Positions 1 to 12,499 of a stretch of DNA of 64,000 nucleotides are shown here, in pieces. The notes below the pieces were generated by a model. That model did no database searches. It saw nothing but the letters and a program-made list of their open reading frames with translations, and was not told where the DNA came from. The translations under genes and the position numbers were made by a program. The stretch comes from Candidatus Omnitrophota bacterium (GTDB taxonomy: Bacteria; Omnitrophota; Omnitrophia; Omnitrophales; Aquincolibacteriaceae): the NCBI GenBank assembly GCA_043821445.1, contig JBDRCT010000049.1, positions 3,872-67,871 of the forward strand, given 5' to 3'. The first letter of the stretch is position 1. The number at the start of each line of letters is the position of its first letter.

Positions 1-99
1 CTCGGGGCCATGGCCTGCTTGCACAAACCCTTGGACCTTGACCGCGTCAAATCGTTGATCCATACAGTTACGCAACGCAGTCATGCTCACGCGTCATGA
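1..99 (+). CDS. C-terminal end of a response regulator receiver protein (partial)
   Basis: Frame 1 reads LGAMACLHKPLDLDRVKSLI...*, the GA..L.KP.dl receiver C-terminal motif. Confidence 0.6.
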   Translation, partial: LGAMACLHKPLDLDRVKSLIHTVTQRSHAHAS

Positions 100-236
100 G
101 GGTTCTTTTCTTTAAAAATTCAAGACTACGGGCCCCAAGCTTTCCTGATGTTTATTTTCTTTTAATGGGCGGTAGTCAGGACTGCCCCAATTTCAGCTTC
201 GCGGAAATTGATAAAAATTGGGACTGAGGTCTCTTT

Positions 237-1517
237 ATGTCCGACATTCGAGTCCGATTCGCTCCGTCCCCGACGGGAAACCTCCATATCGGCGGCGTCC
301 GCACCGCGCTTTTTAACTATCTCTATGCCCGCCAGCAGGGCGGAAAATTCCTGCTGCGCATCGAAGACACCGACCGTCAGCGCTCGACGCCCGAATTTGA
401 GCAGGAGATCCTGGAATCACTCCGGTGGCTCGGGCTTGATTGGGACGAAGAACTGGTCTATCAAAGCAAGCGGCTTGAACGGTACCGCGAGGTCGCGCAA
501 GAACTGGTCTCCAAAGGTCTTGCCTATGAATTCGAGGGAGCCATCAAGTTCAAGGTCCCCCAGACCGGGGTCAAGGTCTACGATATTGTCCGCGGGGAAG
601 TGACTTACGACTCCAAAGAATTCGATGACCTTGTCATTCTAAAATCCGACGGATATCCGGTGTTCCATCTCGCGGTGATCGTGGACGACCATGACATGGG
701 GATCACGCATGTGGTGCGCGGGGAAGACCATCTTCCGAACACGCCGCGGCATATTTTGCTCCAGCAGGCTTTGGGCTGGAAATCGCCGAAATACGCGCAC
801 CTCCCGCTCATTTTCGGATCGGACGGCACCCCCCTTTCCAAGCGGCACGGCGCGGTGGCAGTGACGGAGTACCGCAACAAAGGCTTCCTCCCGCAAGGAC
901 TTGTCAATTATTTGGCACTTCTCGGCTGGAATCCCGGGACGTCGCAGGAGATCTTTTCGCTTCCGGAGCTTGTGAAGCAATTTTCCCTCAAACGCGTGAT
1001 CAAATCGAACGCTCAATTCAATCCCGAAAAACTTCTTTGGGTGAACGGCCAGCACATCCGCGCAATTCCGGGCGAAGACTATGAAAAACAGATCACGGAA
1101 TTCTGGAAAGGCAAGATCGACCCTATTCCGGAAGAAAAATGGCGGAAACTCATCACGCTTTACCGGCCCCGGATTCAGACTTACGGAGAATTAAAGAACC
1201 AGGCGGCTTATTGTTTCGCTTCGCCCGAGTATAAGGACCCTCAGCTCATGGCGGAGATCAAAAGCAATGCGTCTGTGATGAAGCTTCTCAAGCAGTTAAG
1301 TGAGGTTCTCGAGGAGGTCGGCGATTTCGAGGATGTGCAAATCCTGGATCAAAAAACAAAACAAGTGGCCGAGGCCGCGGGCCTGAAACCCAAGGACATC
1401 ATCCACCCGTTGCGCTTCGTTCTCACAGGCGGGACTGCAAGTCCGGGGATTTTTGAACTCATGAATCTTCTCGGCAAAGACACCTGTCTCGTGCGTCTCC
1501 GGCGCTTTCTCTCCTAA
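237..1517 (+). CDS. gltX: glutamate--tRNA ligase
   Basis: RVRFAPSPTG, HIGG, LRIEDTD, LSKRHG class I motifs. Confidence 0.97.
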   Translation: MSDIRVRFAPSPTGNLHIGGVRTALFNYLYARQQGGKFLLRIEDTDRQRSTPEFEQEILESLRWLGLDWDEELVYQSKRLERYREVAQELVSKGLAYEFEGAIKFKVPQTGVKVYDIVRGEVTYDSKEFDDLVILKSDGYPVFHLAVIVDDHDMGITHVVRGEDHLPNTPRHILLQQALGWKSPKYAHLPLIFGSDGTPLSKRHGAVAVTEYRNKGFLPQGLVNYLALLGWNPGTSQEIFSLPELVKQFSLKRVIKSNAQFNPEKLLWVNGQHIRAIPGEDYEKQITEFWKGKIDPIPEEKWRKLITLYRPRIQTYGELKNQAAYCFASPEYKDPQLMAEIKSNASVMKLLKQLSEVLEEVGDFEDVQILDQKTKQVAEAAGLKPKDIIHPLRFVLTGGTASPGIFELMNLLGKDTCLVRLRRFLS

Positions 1518-1576
1518 AAAAGCGGATCTTTTGGTATAATTTTTTATAAAGGACGAGTAAAAAACAAACGATTCCC

Positions 1577-1978
1577 ATGCATAACAAAAAAATACTGATC
1601 GTTGAAGACGAAAAAGAGGTTGCCCAGTCGCTTGAGGATTTTCTCAGGGATGAGGGGTTTTCGGCTGTTGAACGCGCCGCGGATGGGATCCACGCGATCC
1701 GGCAGGCCCAAAAATTCATGCCGGATCTGATCCTTCTCGACCTTAAAATGCCTCGCGGGGACGGCATCACGGTCCTTAAAAAGTTAAGGCAGATCGCTTC
1801 GACGGCGAAAATCCCGATTATTGTGATTACGGGTGTTGCGGATGACACGATAAAAAAAAGGCTTTTGTCGTCAGGGGTGTGCGCGCACTTTCAGAAACCC
1901 TACAAACTCGAGCTGCTCGTGGCCGGGATTAAAAACGCTCTTGAGAGGAGAAGCAGCTCTGAAGAGGCCTGGGGCTAG
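1577..1978 (+). CDS. single-domain response regulator (receiver)
   Basis: ILIVEDE, DLILLDLKMP, IIVITG, KP motifs. Confidence 0.92.
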   Translation: MHNKKILIVEDEKEVAQSLEDFLRDEGFSAVERAADGIHAIRQAQKFMPDLILLDLKMPRGDGITVLKKLRQIASTAKIPIIVITGVADDTIKKRLLSSGVCAHFQKPYKLELLVAGIKNALERRSSSEEAWG

Positions 1979-1987
1979 CGAGATCCT

Positions 1988-3676
1988 ATGGATCAGAACA
2001 TAAAACCCTCTAATTTTATACGCGACATCATTAACCAAGATATTGTCAAAGGTAGGAATGGCGGACGCGTGCACACGCGCTTTCCGCCCGAGCCGAATGG
2101 TTATCTTCATATCGGACATGCCAAGGCGATCTGCATCAGTTTCGGGATCGCCCGTGACTATCAGGGACTCTACAACCTCCGTTTTGACGACACGAACCCG
2201 GAGAAAGAAGAGGTCGAGTACGTCGATTCCATCCGCGAGGACGTCCACTGGCTTGGTTTCGATTGGGGGGACCGGGAGTATTACGCCTCGGACTATTTCG
2301 ATCAGCTTTATGAGCACGCGCTCACGCTCATCAAAAAAGGAAAGGCCTATGTCTGCGACCTGAGCCCGGAGGAACAGAGAAAATACCGGGGCACGCTGAC
2401 TGCGCCGGGCACCCACAGCCCTTTCCGCGACCGATCGCCGAAAGAGAATCTGGATCTGTTTGAGCGGATGAAGGCCGGGGAATTCGCGGACGGCTCGCGC
2501 GTTCTCAGGGCAAAGATCGATATGGCGTCGCCCAATATCACGATGCGTGATCCCACGATCTACCGGATCAAGAAAGCCTCGCATCACAGGACCAGGGATA
2601 AGTGGTGCATTTATCCCATGTACGACTTCACGCATTGCATCTCGGATTCCATCGAAGGGATCACGCATTCGCTTTGCACGCTTGAATTCGAGAACAACCG
2701 CCCGCTTTATGATTGGTTCCTGATCGAACTCGGCATCCACCGTCCGCAGCAGATCGAATTCGCGCGGCTCAATCTCACACACACGGTCCTGAGCAAACGC
2801 ATTCTTCTCAAACTTGTCCAGCAGAAAATGGTTTCCGGTTGGGATGACCCCCGGATGCCTACGATCTCCGGTTTCCGGCGTCGTGGTTATACGGCGTCCT
2901 CGATCAGGAATTTCTGCGATCAGATCGGTGTCGCCAAGTTCAACAGCATGATCGACAGGGTCGTTCTCGAAAATTCCATCAGGGAAGAACTTAACAAGAC
3001 CGCGCCTCGCGTCATGGCTGTGCTCGATCCCCTCAAGGTCGTGATCACCAATTATCCGGAAGGGAAGACCGAAGAGATGGAGGCCGTGAACAATCCCGAG
3101 GACCCGGCGGCCGGGTCAAGGAGGCTTCCGTTCTCCCGCGAGCTTTATATCGAAAGGGATGATTTTCGCGAAGACGCGCCCAAAAAGTTTTTCCGGCTCG
3201 TGCCGGGCGGGGAAGTGCGCTTACGTTACGGGTATTTCGTTAAATGCGAAAAGGTCATCAAAGACGCCTCCGGCAAGGTCACAGAACTTCACTGCACGTA
3301 CGACCCCGAGACGCGCGGAGGCAACAATCCTCCGGACGGGCGTAAAGTGAAAGGCACGATCCACTGGGTTTCCGCCAGGCATGTTTTTAAAAGCGAAGTC
3401 CGGCTTTATGATCATTTGTTCACCGCGAAAGATCCGGGCGACGTGCCGGAAGGCGGAGATATCCTGATGAATCTCAATCCCAGATCTCTCGAGACGGTTT
3501 CCGGGGCCCTTCTTGAGCCAAGCTTGAAGGACGCAAAACCCGGAGAGCGTTTCCAGTTCGAACGGCTCGGATATTTTTTCGTAGATCCCGTCGATTCCAA
3601 ACCCGGACAGCCGGTTTTCAACCGCACCGTCACCCTGCGGGACACCTGGGAGAAGATCAAGAAGGCGCAAAAATAG
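1988..3676 (+). CDS. glnS: glutamine--tRNA ligase
   Basis: [42 protein letters not shown]. Confidence 0.97.
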   Translation: MDQNIKPSNFIRDIINQDIVKGRNGGRVHTRFPPEPNGYLHIGHAKAICISFGIARDYQGLYNLRFDDTNPEKEEVEYVDSIREDVHWLGFDWGDREYYASDYFDQLYEHALTLIKKGKAYVCDLSPEEQRKYRGTLTAPGTHSPFRDRSPKENLDLFERMKAGEFADGSRVLRAKIDMASPNITMRDPTIYRIKKASHHRTRDKWCIYPMYDFTHCISDSIEGITHSLCTLEFENNRPLYDWFLIELGIHRPQQIEFARLNLTHTVLSKRILLKLVQQKMVSGWDDPRMPTISGFRRRGYTASSIRNFCDQIGVAKFNSMIDRVVLENSIREELNKTAPRVMAVLDPLKVVITNYPEGKTEEMEAVNNPEDPAAGSRRLPFSRELYIERDDFREDAPKKFFRLVPGGEVRLRYGYFVKCEKVIKDASGKVTELHCTYDPETRGGNNPPDGRKVKGTIHWVSARHVFKSEVRLYDHLFTAKDPGDVPEGGDILMNLNPRSLETVSGALLEPSLKDAKPGERFQFERLGYFFVDPVDSKPGQPVFNRTVTLRDTWEKIKKAQK

Positions 3677-3750
3677 CACGCGCAACGGGCAACGCTCAAC
3701 GCACAACGGAAAGACCAGAACGTTGCGCTTTGCGCGTGGTACATTGCGCA
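3677..3750. repeat. degenerate heptamer (GCAACGC-like) tandem repeat with inverted partner arm
   Basis: cgcaacg-ggcaacg-ctcaacg-cacaacg followed by cgttgcg-ctttgcg; same family at 57892, 59032, 59952 and 36879. Confidence 0.8.
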
Positions 3751-3756
3751 GAGATG

Positions 3757-3830
3757 TGGCTGGGGGACTAGGATTTGAACCTAGACTAGGTGATCCAGAG
3801 TCACCGGTGCTACCGTTACACCATCCCCCA
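3757..3830 (-). tRNA. tRNA-Gln (anticodon CTG)
   Basis: Reverse complement TGGGGGA...TCCCCCA-G-CCA; anticodon arm GGTGA-CTCTGGA-TCACC; T-arm GGTTCAAATCC. Confidence 0.96.
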
Positions 3831-3929
3831 ACGAAGAATATGCGATCAAAAGGCGGGAAAAAGCAGGGGAATTATAGCGGGTCTTCGCCATACCGACAAG
3901 AATTCTTCTTTTCATCAAGAATACTAAGG

Positions 3930-4079
3930 ATGCAATTGCAACATATCCTCTTTATGAACGAAGCGATCTGGGAGGCGCGGAAGGGCCTGCGTGAAGGTAG
4001 CGCTGGCTCTCATAAAGATTTAGATGAAGGATTTATTGCCGCCAGGCCGAAGCTGTGGAACGGAGATATTGGAGAATGA
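3930..4079 (+). pseudogene. internally deleted nucleoside/cytosine deaminase remnant
   Basis: FMNEAIWEARKGLREG joined to FIAARPKLWNGDIGE; resembles both ends of yeast-type cytosine deaminases without the HxE/PCxxC core. Confidence 0.55.
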
Positions 4080-4083
4080 TCTG

Positions 4084-4446
4084 ATGTTGATCCGCCAGCT
4101 CAAGGATTGTCCTGAATCCATTGCGGGAGATGCTTGTCGTCTCCGGGAACTCCTCAATGCTAAAACGGACCATCGCGCTTATCGCTACAGTCTCGCGCAT
4201 GCCGTCGTGAAACCCGGTACAAAGACCAAGCCCCATTCACTTAAAATCTCAGAGGTTTATTATATCCTGGAAGGGCAGGGGCGCATGCATGTGGACCGCG
4301 AGACTGCGGAAGTGGGTCCCGGGGCTGTGATCGATATTCCCCCAAGGGCCGTTCAATGGATCGAAAATACCGGCCAAGAAGATCTTGCTTTTCTCTGCAT
4401 CGTAGATCCCGCTTGGTGCGCGGCAGATGAAGAAATATTGAAATAA
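4084..4446 (+). CDS. cupin domain protein
   Basis: PH....EVYYILEGQG and IPP....WIENTG cupin motifs. Confidence 0.88.
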   Translation: MLIRQLKDCPESIAGDACRLRELLNAKTDHRAYRYSLAHAVVKPGTKTKPHSLKISEVYYILEGQGRMHVDRETAEVGPGAVIDIPPRAVQWIENTGQEDLAFLCIVDPAWCAADEEILK

Positions 4447-4540
4447 GGAAGGTCTTCCAAAAAACAGTTTTTCAATCCCTGACCCTTCGGATATACTCAC
4501 TTTCAATAAAACACGCCGTCATCAAATCAAAGGTGTCGAT

Positions 4541-6785
<2,245 letters not shown>

Positions 6786-6832
6786 TCCAGCCTCAATTCT
6801 TATCCATCAAAGCAGAGCGGCACTCTTTTTAA

Positions 6833-6907
6833 TCGTTATTTTTGTTACAATTAGTTTGCCAACGAAGCTGTTTGGTGCTAGAATTCGAATCGTTCACATT
6901 TTCACGA
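6833..6907 (+). promoter_or_regulatory. sigma70-type promoter with two candidate Rex operators
   Basis: TTGCCA (6856) - 17 nt - TAGAAT (6879); imperfect 18-mers TCGTTATTTTTGTTACAA (6833-6850) and TCGTTCACATTTTCACGA (6890-6907) resemble TTGTGAA-N4-TTCACAA. Confidence 0.55.
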
Positions 6908-6916
6908 ATAGTTGAC

Positions 6917-7534
6917 ATGAAAAAGATTCCTCGAAGGACGATCACGCGAGTCTTGCTTTATATCCGGACCCTGGAAACTCTGACCAAGGAAAAACGCTTT
7001 TTGATTTCCTCTGGACAGCTAGCGGACATTACGGGGCTTTCGGCGGTTCAGATCCGAAAAGACATTTCGAATTTTAAGAGCGTCGGAAAGCCAAGGGTCG
7101 GCTACCGGACGGTCGAATTGAAGAAAACGCTCGAGAATTATTTGTTGCAGGACACCACGGTCCATGTGGTGTTGTTCGGGGTGGGGAACCTCGGCTCCGC
7201 GATCTTGAAATATCCGGGGTTTCATCAAGACCAGATCCGTCTGGTGGCCGCTTTTGATGTTTCGCGTCACAAGATCGGGAAAAAGATCGAGGGTGTGAAG
7301 GTATATCCGTTGGACCGGGCGCCTGAGATCATCAAGCGGGTGCATGGCGATATCGGGATCATCGCAGTCCCGGAAAAAGGCGCCCAGGAAGTGGCGGATC
7401 ACATGGTGATCTCGGGGCTGCAAAAGATCATTAATTTCGCGCCGTGTTCGGTCAGCGTACCGGCAAGGGTGCAGATCCGTAATATTGATTTTACGATCGA
7501 GTTCTTGTCGCTTTACTGTAACACTCAAAAATGA
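6917..7534 (+). CDS. rex: redox-sensing transcriptional repressor Rex
   Basis: KIP..TI.R...Y, ISS..LA, QIRKD, GVGNLG, NFAP. Confidence 0.93.
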   Translation: MKKIPRRTITRVLLYIRTLETLTKEKRFLISSGQLADITGLSAVQIRKDISNFKSVGKPRVGYRTVELKKTLENYLLQDTTVHVVLFGVGNLGSAILKYPGFHQDQIRLVAAFDVSRHKIGKKIEGVKVYPLDRAPEIIKRVHGDIGIIAVPEKGAQEVADHMVISGLQKIINFAPCSVSVPARVQIRNIDFTIEFLSLYCNTQK

Positions 7535-7571
7535 CCGTCAATTTTGACAGGGCAAGTAGGGGGAATAGAAA

Positions 7572-8225
7572 GTGACTCACGAAAGCATGATTCTCGTAAC
7601 CGCTGCATTTTCCATGGGGATCCTACACGTTATTTTAGGTCCCGATCACTATGTGCCTTTTATTGTGATGGCCAAAGCACGGCGATGGTCCTGTTTTAAA
7701 ACGGCTGTGATTACGGCGCTATGCGGCGTCGGCCACGTCGGAAGTTCCGTGGTTTTAGGGATCCTGGGGATCCATCTAGGGATCTCCTTAAAAAAACTCG
7801 TGATGTTTGAATCCGTGCGCGGTGAATGGGCGGCATGGGGACTGATCGCTTTTGGGCTGGTTTACTTTATATACGGCTTGCGGCGGGTCCTGAAGGGCCG
7901 GTTTGAGGCGCATCATCCGGACCAACAAAAACTCACGCAGTGGGTCCCCTGGACACTTTTTGTGGTCTTTGTCTTGGGTCCGTGCGAACCGTTAATTCCG
8001 GTCTTTATGTTTCCTGCCATGCAGCATGATTTGATGACCACTGCTCTTGTGACGGGAGTTTTCAGCGGCATGACGCTCCTGACGATGCTGGGGATCGTTC
8101 TGGTGTCCGTCTTCGGAATGAATTTTTTGCCATCGGTATCCGGGCAGCTTGAGCGGTATGGCCACGCGTTCGCGGGGCTTGTCATCCTCCTCTGTGGTTT
8201 CGGGGTACGGTTTTTAGGATTGTAA
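7572..8225 (+). CDS. His-motif membrane protein, probable nickel transporter (UreH/NiCoT-like)
   Basis: About six hydrophobic helices; HVILGPDHY, GHVGSS, PCEP; first gene after rex in the hydrogenase locus. Confidence 0.7.
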   Translation: MTHESMILVTAAFSMGILHVILGPDHYVPFIVMAKARRWSCFKTAVITALCGVGHVGSSVVLGILGIHLGISLKKLVMFESVRGEWAAWGLIAFGLVYFIYGLRRVLKGRFEAHHPDQQKLTQWVPWTLFVVFVLGPCEPLIPVFMFPAMQHDLMTTALVTGVFSGMTLLTMLGIVLVSVFGMNFLPSVSGQLERYGHAFAGLVILLCGFGVRFLGL

Positions 8226-8245
8226 AAAAGAAACAGAAGTATGTG

Positions 8246-9280
8246 ATGGAAAAAGCCATTTTTCTAAAAAAATCCAAGCTGGATGATTTCCTCGGGAAGC
8301 TTTCCGAAGGTTATCGGGTCTATGTTCCCGTCAAGAAGGATGAGCAGCGCTTCTTCAGGAAATATGCCGGTCCTGCCGCGGACATCGTCATCGGCGAAAT
8401 AAGGCCTTTTGAACCGCTCAAGGCCTTTTTCACACGTTGCCGCGAAAAGGTCGCGGACGGTTTCAAGCCGGATATTCCGCATGAGAATGACAAACCCTTC
8501 GCCATCATCGGCGTCAAGGCCTGTGATCTCAAGGGGTTCAAGATCCAGGACCATGTCTTCCGGGGCCCCGATTTTCCGGATGCGTTTTACATCAAGAACC
8601 GAGAGGAGAACTTTATCGTCAGCGCGGACTGCACCTGCGCGATCGAGACTTGTTTTTGCACCGCCATGGGGATCGGCCCCCATCCGACCGAAGATTTCGA
8701 CATCAACCTCTCCGTGATCGAGGCCGGTTTTTGGGCGGATCCCGGTTCCGAAAAAGGCAGGGAATTTATCCGGAAAAATCCGTCCCTGTTCGAGCCGGCG
8801 ACGGATACACAACTTCGTGAGAAAGAAGCGCAACGGGAAAAAATCTTTCACGAGGTGGAGGGTAATGTCAGCCGGAACGAAATTCCAAAACAGGATCATT
8901 TCCAAGGCATTATCGAGCGGAATTTCAACGCCGATCTTTGGGCGGACGAAGCGAAGACCTGTGTCGAATGCGGGGCCTGTACGGTCATTTGTCCGACATG
9001 TCACTGTTTTTTGCTTTATGATCAGAAGGACGGTGAAAAAATGGCGCGTCTGCGCACCTGGGATTCCTGCATGCTCAAGGGATATGCCCGGGTCGCGGGC
9101 GGCGGGAATCCACGCGATAAATTGTTCATGCGCCTCCGGAACCGTTTTGAAAAAAAATTTGATTTTTTCCCAAAGGCCATAAATATTTATGCCTGTACCG
9201 GATGCGGCCGTTGCGTGAGCGCGTGTCCGGCGACGATCGATATTCGCAAAGTCCTAAGAAGGCTCGTGGACCATGCATAA
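8246..9280 (+). CDS. 4Fe-4S dicluster protein, AsrA / sulfhydrogenase beta-like
   Basis: GVKACD, CFC, CVECGACTVICPTCHCF, WDSC, CTGCGRCVSACP. Confidence 0.88.
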   Translation: MEKAIFLKKSKLDDFLGKLSEGYRVYVPVKKDEQRFFRKYAGPAADIVIGEIRPFEPLKAFFTRCREKVADGFKPDIPHENDKPFAIIGVKACDLKGFKIQDHVFRGPDFPDAFYIKNREENFIVSADCTCAIETCFCTAMGIGPHPTEDFDINLSVIEAGFWADPGSEKGREFIRKNPSLFEPATDTQLREKEAQREKIFHEVEGNVSRNEIPKQDHFQGIIERNFNADLWADEAKTCVECGACTVICPTCHCFLLYDQKDGEKMARLRTWDSCMLKGYARVAGGGNPRDKLFMRLRNRFEKKFDFFPKAINIYACTGCGRCVSACPATIDIRKVLRRLVDHA

Positions 9281-10094
9281 CGAAAATATTTACCGCCCCA
9301 TTCGGGCCGACGTGCTCGATGTGATCACGGAAACGCCTACCATCAAAACGATCCGTTTTAAACCGGCGGAGCCTATCTCATTCAGGACGGGGCAATTTGT
9401 GGAGATCACGGTTCCGGGCGTCGGTGAGGCACCGTTTACACCGTCCTCCAAGCCTTCAATCAAGGATACGATGGAAGTGAGTGTGATGAGGGTCGGGAAG
9501 GTAACACAGAAGATCCACGAGCTCAAAAAAGGCGATGTGATCGGCGTGCGCGGTCCATTCGGGGCGGGTTATCCCGTGGATCAATTCAAAGGAAAAGACC
9601 TGTTGATTGTGGGGGGAGGATGCGGTTTTGCGCCGCTCCGCAGTCTCATGTATACCCTTTTTGAGATGAGCGGGGAATTCAAGAGGTTCTATTTTCGCGG
9701 CGGTTGCAAACTTCCGACTGAATTTCTTTACCGCAAGGAGATCGAAACCTGGCAAGAGCGGAAGGACTTGAACCTCCGGCTCACGGTCGATAGGGGTGAT
9801 GAATCCTGGAAAGGAAATGTCGGTGTTGTGACGACCATTCTGAACGATCTGGATATGGATTTCAAAACCGGTATTGCCGTAGTTTGCGGCCCGCCGATCA
9901 TGATGAAATTCGGGACCAAGAAACTTCTCGAACTAGGGTTCCGGGAAGAGAACATCTACCTTTCGATGGAAAAAAACATGTCCTGCGGCCTTGGGAAGTG
10001 CGGCCACTGCCGTCTCGGGACTTATTACGCTTGCAAGGACGGGCCGGTTTTTCCCTACGCCAAGATCAAAACATTTCACGAGATCTGGGACTGA
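9273..10094 (+). CDS. FAD/NAD(P)-binding 2Fe-2S protein, AsrB / sulfhydrogenase gamma-like
   Basis: GQF, GEAPF, RGPFG, GGGCGFAPLRS, CGPPIMM, MSCGLGKCGHC, CKDGPVF. Confidence 0.9.
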   Translation: MHNENIYRPIRADVLDVITETPTIKTIRFKPAEPISFRTGQFVEITVPGVGEAPFTPSSKPSIKDTMEVSVMRVGKVTQKIHELKKGDVIGVRGPFGAGYPVDQFKGKDLLIVGGGCGFAPLRSLMYTLFEMSGEFKRFYFRGGCKLPTEFLYRKEIETWQERKDLNLRLTVDRGDESWKGNVGVVTTILNDLDMDFKTGIAVVCGPPIMMKFGTKKLLELGFREENIYLSMEKNMSCGLGKCGHCRLGTYYACKDGPVFPYAKIKTFHEIWD

Positions 10095-10095
10095 T

Positions 10096-10662
10096 ATGGA
10101 TAAGAGCGCGGAACAATTGCACCAGGGGAAAATAAATATGAGCCCGCAGAAGGGTCCGGACCAGCGGCTTTTCATCGATCTGGACGTTTGTTCGGCGGGG
10201 CAGTGCAAGGACTGCGTGATCCAGTGCAGTTATTATTATCACCGGTCAGGAGTGGGGAATAACGGGATCATCGGCTGTGCGGAGCTTGCGACTTATGTGC
10301 TTGTCTGCCGCCGGTGCGAAATGCCGCATTGTGTGAATGCATGTCCTTATGAAGCGTTGGAGCAGCAAAAGGAAAAAGGGAAACTGCTGATCCGGCACAG
10401 CATACGCTGCGTTGCCTGCAAATCCTGTTCGCACGCGTGCCCCTACGGAGCAATCTATCCGGAGAACCTCCCGCCATTGATCCACAACTGTGATTTTTGT
10501 CTGGACCGGAGGGACGACGCGAACGAACCGTTGTGCGTTAAGACCTGTTCTCACGGTGCTTTAAGTCTCAAAAGTGGGAACATACCGCTGGATGAGAAAA
10601 CTTTTTTGGTAGGGGACAATCTGATCGTCCATTCGACGCATTGGAAGTGGGAAAAAGCATGA
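10096..10662 (+). CDS. multi-4Fe-4S ferredoxin-like subunit (DmsB/HycB-like)
   Basis: CRRCEMPHCVNACP, CVACKSCSHACPYG, CDFC, CVKTC; start may be 10138. Confidence 0.82.
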   Translation: MDKSAEQLHQGKINMSPQKGPDQRLFIDLDVCSAGQCKDCVIQCSYYYHRSGVGNNGIIGCAELATYVLVCRRCEMPHCVNACPYEALEQQKEKGKLLIRHSIRCVACKSCSHACPYGAIYPENLPPLIHNCDFCLDRRDDANEPLCVKTCSHGALSLKSGNIPLDEKTFLVGDNLIVHSTHWKWEKA

Positions 10663-11582
10663 TGTATCTATTCTATTTCATCATGTTCGGATTTCTGGCA
10701 ACAGCCACGCTGGGTTTAGCAGCCAGCTGGATCGACCGTAAGGTTACCGCCCGGGTGCAATACCGCGTGGGACCGCCGCTTTTTCAGCCCCTGATTGACA
10801 TCGTGAAACTTTTAGGGAAAGAAACGCTTGTTCCGGCAGGGGCATCGCGAGTCGCTTTTTTTGCAGCGCCGGTTGTGGGACTCGCGAGCGTAATGCTTGC
10901 CTCGACTTTGCTTTGGATGAATGACATAAACTGGACCCGGACGTTCATCGGAGATCTGATCGTGGTGCTCTATTTATTGATGATCCCTTCGATCAGCATC
11001 ATGATGGGAGGGTTTGCGTCAAGGAATCCTCTGGCGAGCCTGGGTGCCTCCCGCGAAATGAAATTGATTTTAAGTTACGAACTTCCTTTTCTGCTTGCCG
11101 TGCTCGTCCCGGTCATTAAGTCCGGTTTTTCGATCCGGCTCGGAGATATGATGATCGCGCAGGCACAGGACGGGATCTTCGCGGCAAGCTGGTCGGGTGC
11201 CCTGGCGTTTGTGGTGTGCGTCCTTTGTGCGCAAGCGAAGCTCGGTCTTGTTCCTTTTGACATCGCGGAGGCTGAAACGGAGATCATGAGCGGGCCCTTG
11301 ATCGAATATTCCGGTTCAGGGCTTGCCATTTACCGCTTGATGAAAAACATGCTTTTATTCGTCCTCCCGTTCTTTCTGATGATCCTTTTCATGGGAGGGG
11401 CGCGGTGGGACGGGATCCATTTATTGTATGGGATCTTGAAATATGTCGGTTTGGTCGCGCTGATCACGGTGATCCGGAACACGAATCCCCGCGTCAGAAT
11501 CGATCAGGCCATCCGGTTTTTTTGGAGGCCGGTGACGGTCATGGCCATTATGGCCGTTGTGTTGGCAGTGGGGGGGTTGTAA
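10659..11582 (+). CDS. membrane-bound hydrogenase NuoH/MbhM-like subunit
   Basis: DRKVTARVQYRVGPP, KLLGKE, PFDIAEAETEI, RVRIDQ. Confidence 0.92.
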   Translation: MMYLFYFIMFGFLATATLGLAASWIDRKVTARVQYRVGPPLFQPLIDIVKLLGKETLVPAGASRVAFFAAPVVGLASVMLASTLLWMNDINWTRTFIGDLIVVLYLLMIPSISIMMGGFASRNPLASLGASREMKLILSYELPFLLAVLVPVIKSGFSIRLGDMMIAQAQDGIFAASWSGALAFVVCVLCAQAKLGLVPFDIAEAETEIMSGPLIEYSGSGLAIYRLMKNMLLFVLPFFLMILFMGGARWDGIHLLYGILKYVGLVALITVIRNTNPRVRIDQAIRFFWRPVTVMAIMAVVLAVGGL

Positions 11583-11583
11583 G

Positions 11584-12027
11584 ATGAGCATAAAATTAAA
11601 GGCGTTACTCAGCGCGCCTTGGGTCTTCCACATGTCGACTGGCAGCTGCAACAACTGTGATATCGAGATCCTGGACTGCCTGACGCCTCGATTCGACGTA
11701 GAACGGTTCGGCATGCTGCTTGCGGGTAGTATCAAGCATGCCGATGTCCTGCTTGTAACGGGATCAATGAATCGGAAATGCATTTCAAGGGTCAAGCGGG
11801 TCTATGAGCAAATGCCGAAGCCCTGTCTTGTGGTCGCGATCGGCGAATGCTCGCTTTCACGGGGCATGTTCATCCACAGCTACAACTGTCCTGTGCCGGT
11901 CGATAAGATCATTCCGGTGGATGTTTACATTCCCGGATGCCCGCCGAAACCGGAAGCGATCATTGCGGGTGTGGTCAAACTGATCGGAAAAGTAAAAAGC
12001 GGAATAGGAAAGAAGAAAAAGAAATGA
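11584..12027 (+). CDS. group 4 [NiFe]-hydrogenase small subunit (MbhJ/NuoB-like)
   Basis: GSCNNCDIE, ADVLLVTG, GECS, PVDVYIPGCPPKPEA. Confidence 0.92.
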   Translation: MSIKLKALLSAPWVFHMSTGSCNNCDIEILDCLTPRFDVERFGMLLAGSIKHADVLLVTGSMNRKCISRVKRVYEQMPKPCLVVAIGECSLSRGMFIHSYNCPVPVDKIIPVDVYIPGCPPKPEAIIAGVVKLIGKVKSGIGKKKKK

Positions 12028-12497
12028 CGCGCGAAGAAATTTTGAAGGACCTGAAAGAGGAGTTTAAAGGGGATATCGTCGACATTTTCGAGAAATCACC
12101 CAAGCGGGTCTATGTCGAGATCCGGCCCGGGGCGCTCGTGAAGATCGCGACCCATATCTTCAAAGGTCTGAAAGCAAGATTCAATATCGCAACAGGGACC
12201 GACCTGCGCCACTCCATGGAAATTCTTTATCACTTTACCCTTGATGACATCAACTTGGTGGTCTCCCTCAGGGTGAAATTGACGAAGCCGGATTTGGAGG
12301 TCGATTCCCTGACGCCGGTCTTCAAAGGGGCTGATTGGATCGAACGGGAGATCCATGAACTTTTGGGGATCCGTTTCAAAAATCACCCCAATTTAAAAAG
12401 ACTCCTATTGTCCGAAGAATGGCCCGAGGGTGTTTATCCTTTAAGGCAGGATTATAAAGAGTGGGATAAAAAAGCCATTCGGGACCGGGGAGTTTAG
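12024..12497 (+). CDS. NuoC/MbhK-like subunit
   Basis: WIEREIHELLGIRFKNHP, YPLR. Confidence 0.9.
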   Translation: MTREEILKDLKEEFKGDIVDIFEKSPKRVYVEIRPGALVKIATHIFKGLKARFNIATGTDLRHSMEILYHFTLDDINLVVSLRVKLTKPDLEVDSLTPVFKGADWIEREIHELLGIRFKNHPNLKRLLLSEEWPEGVYPLRQDYKEWDKKAIRDRGV

Positions 12498-12499
12498 AC

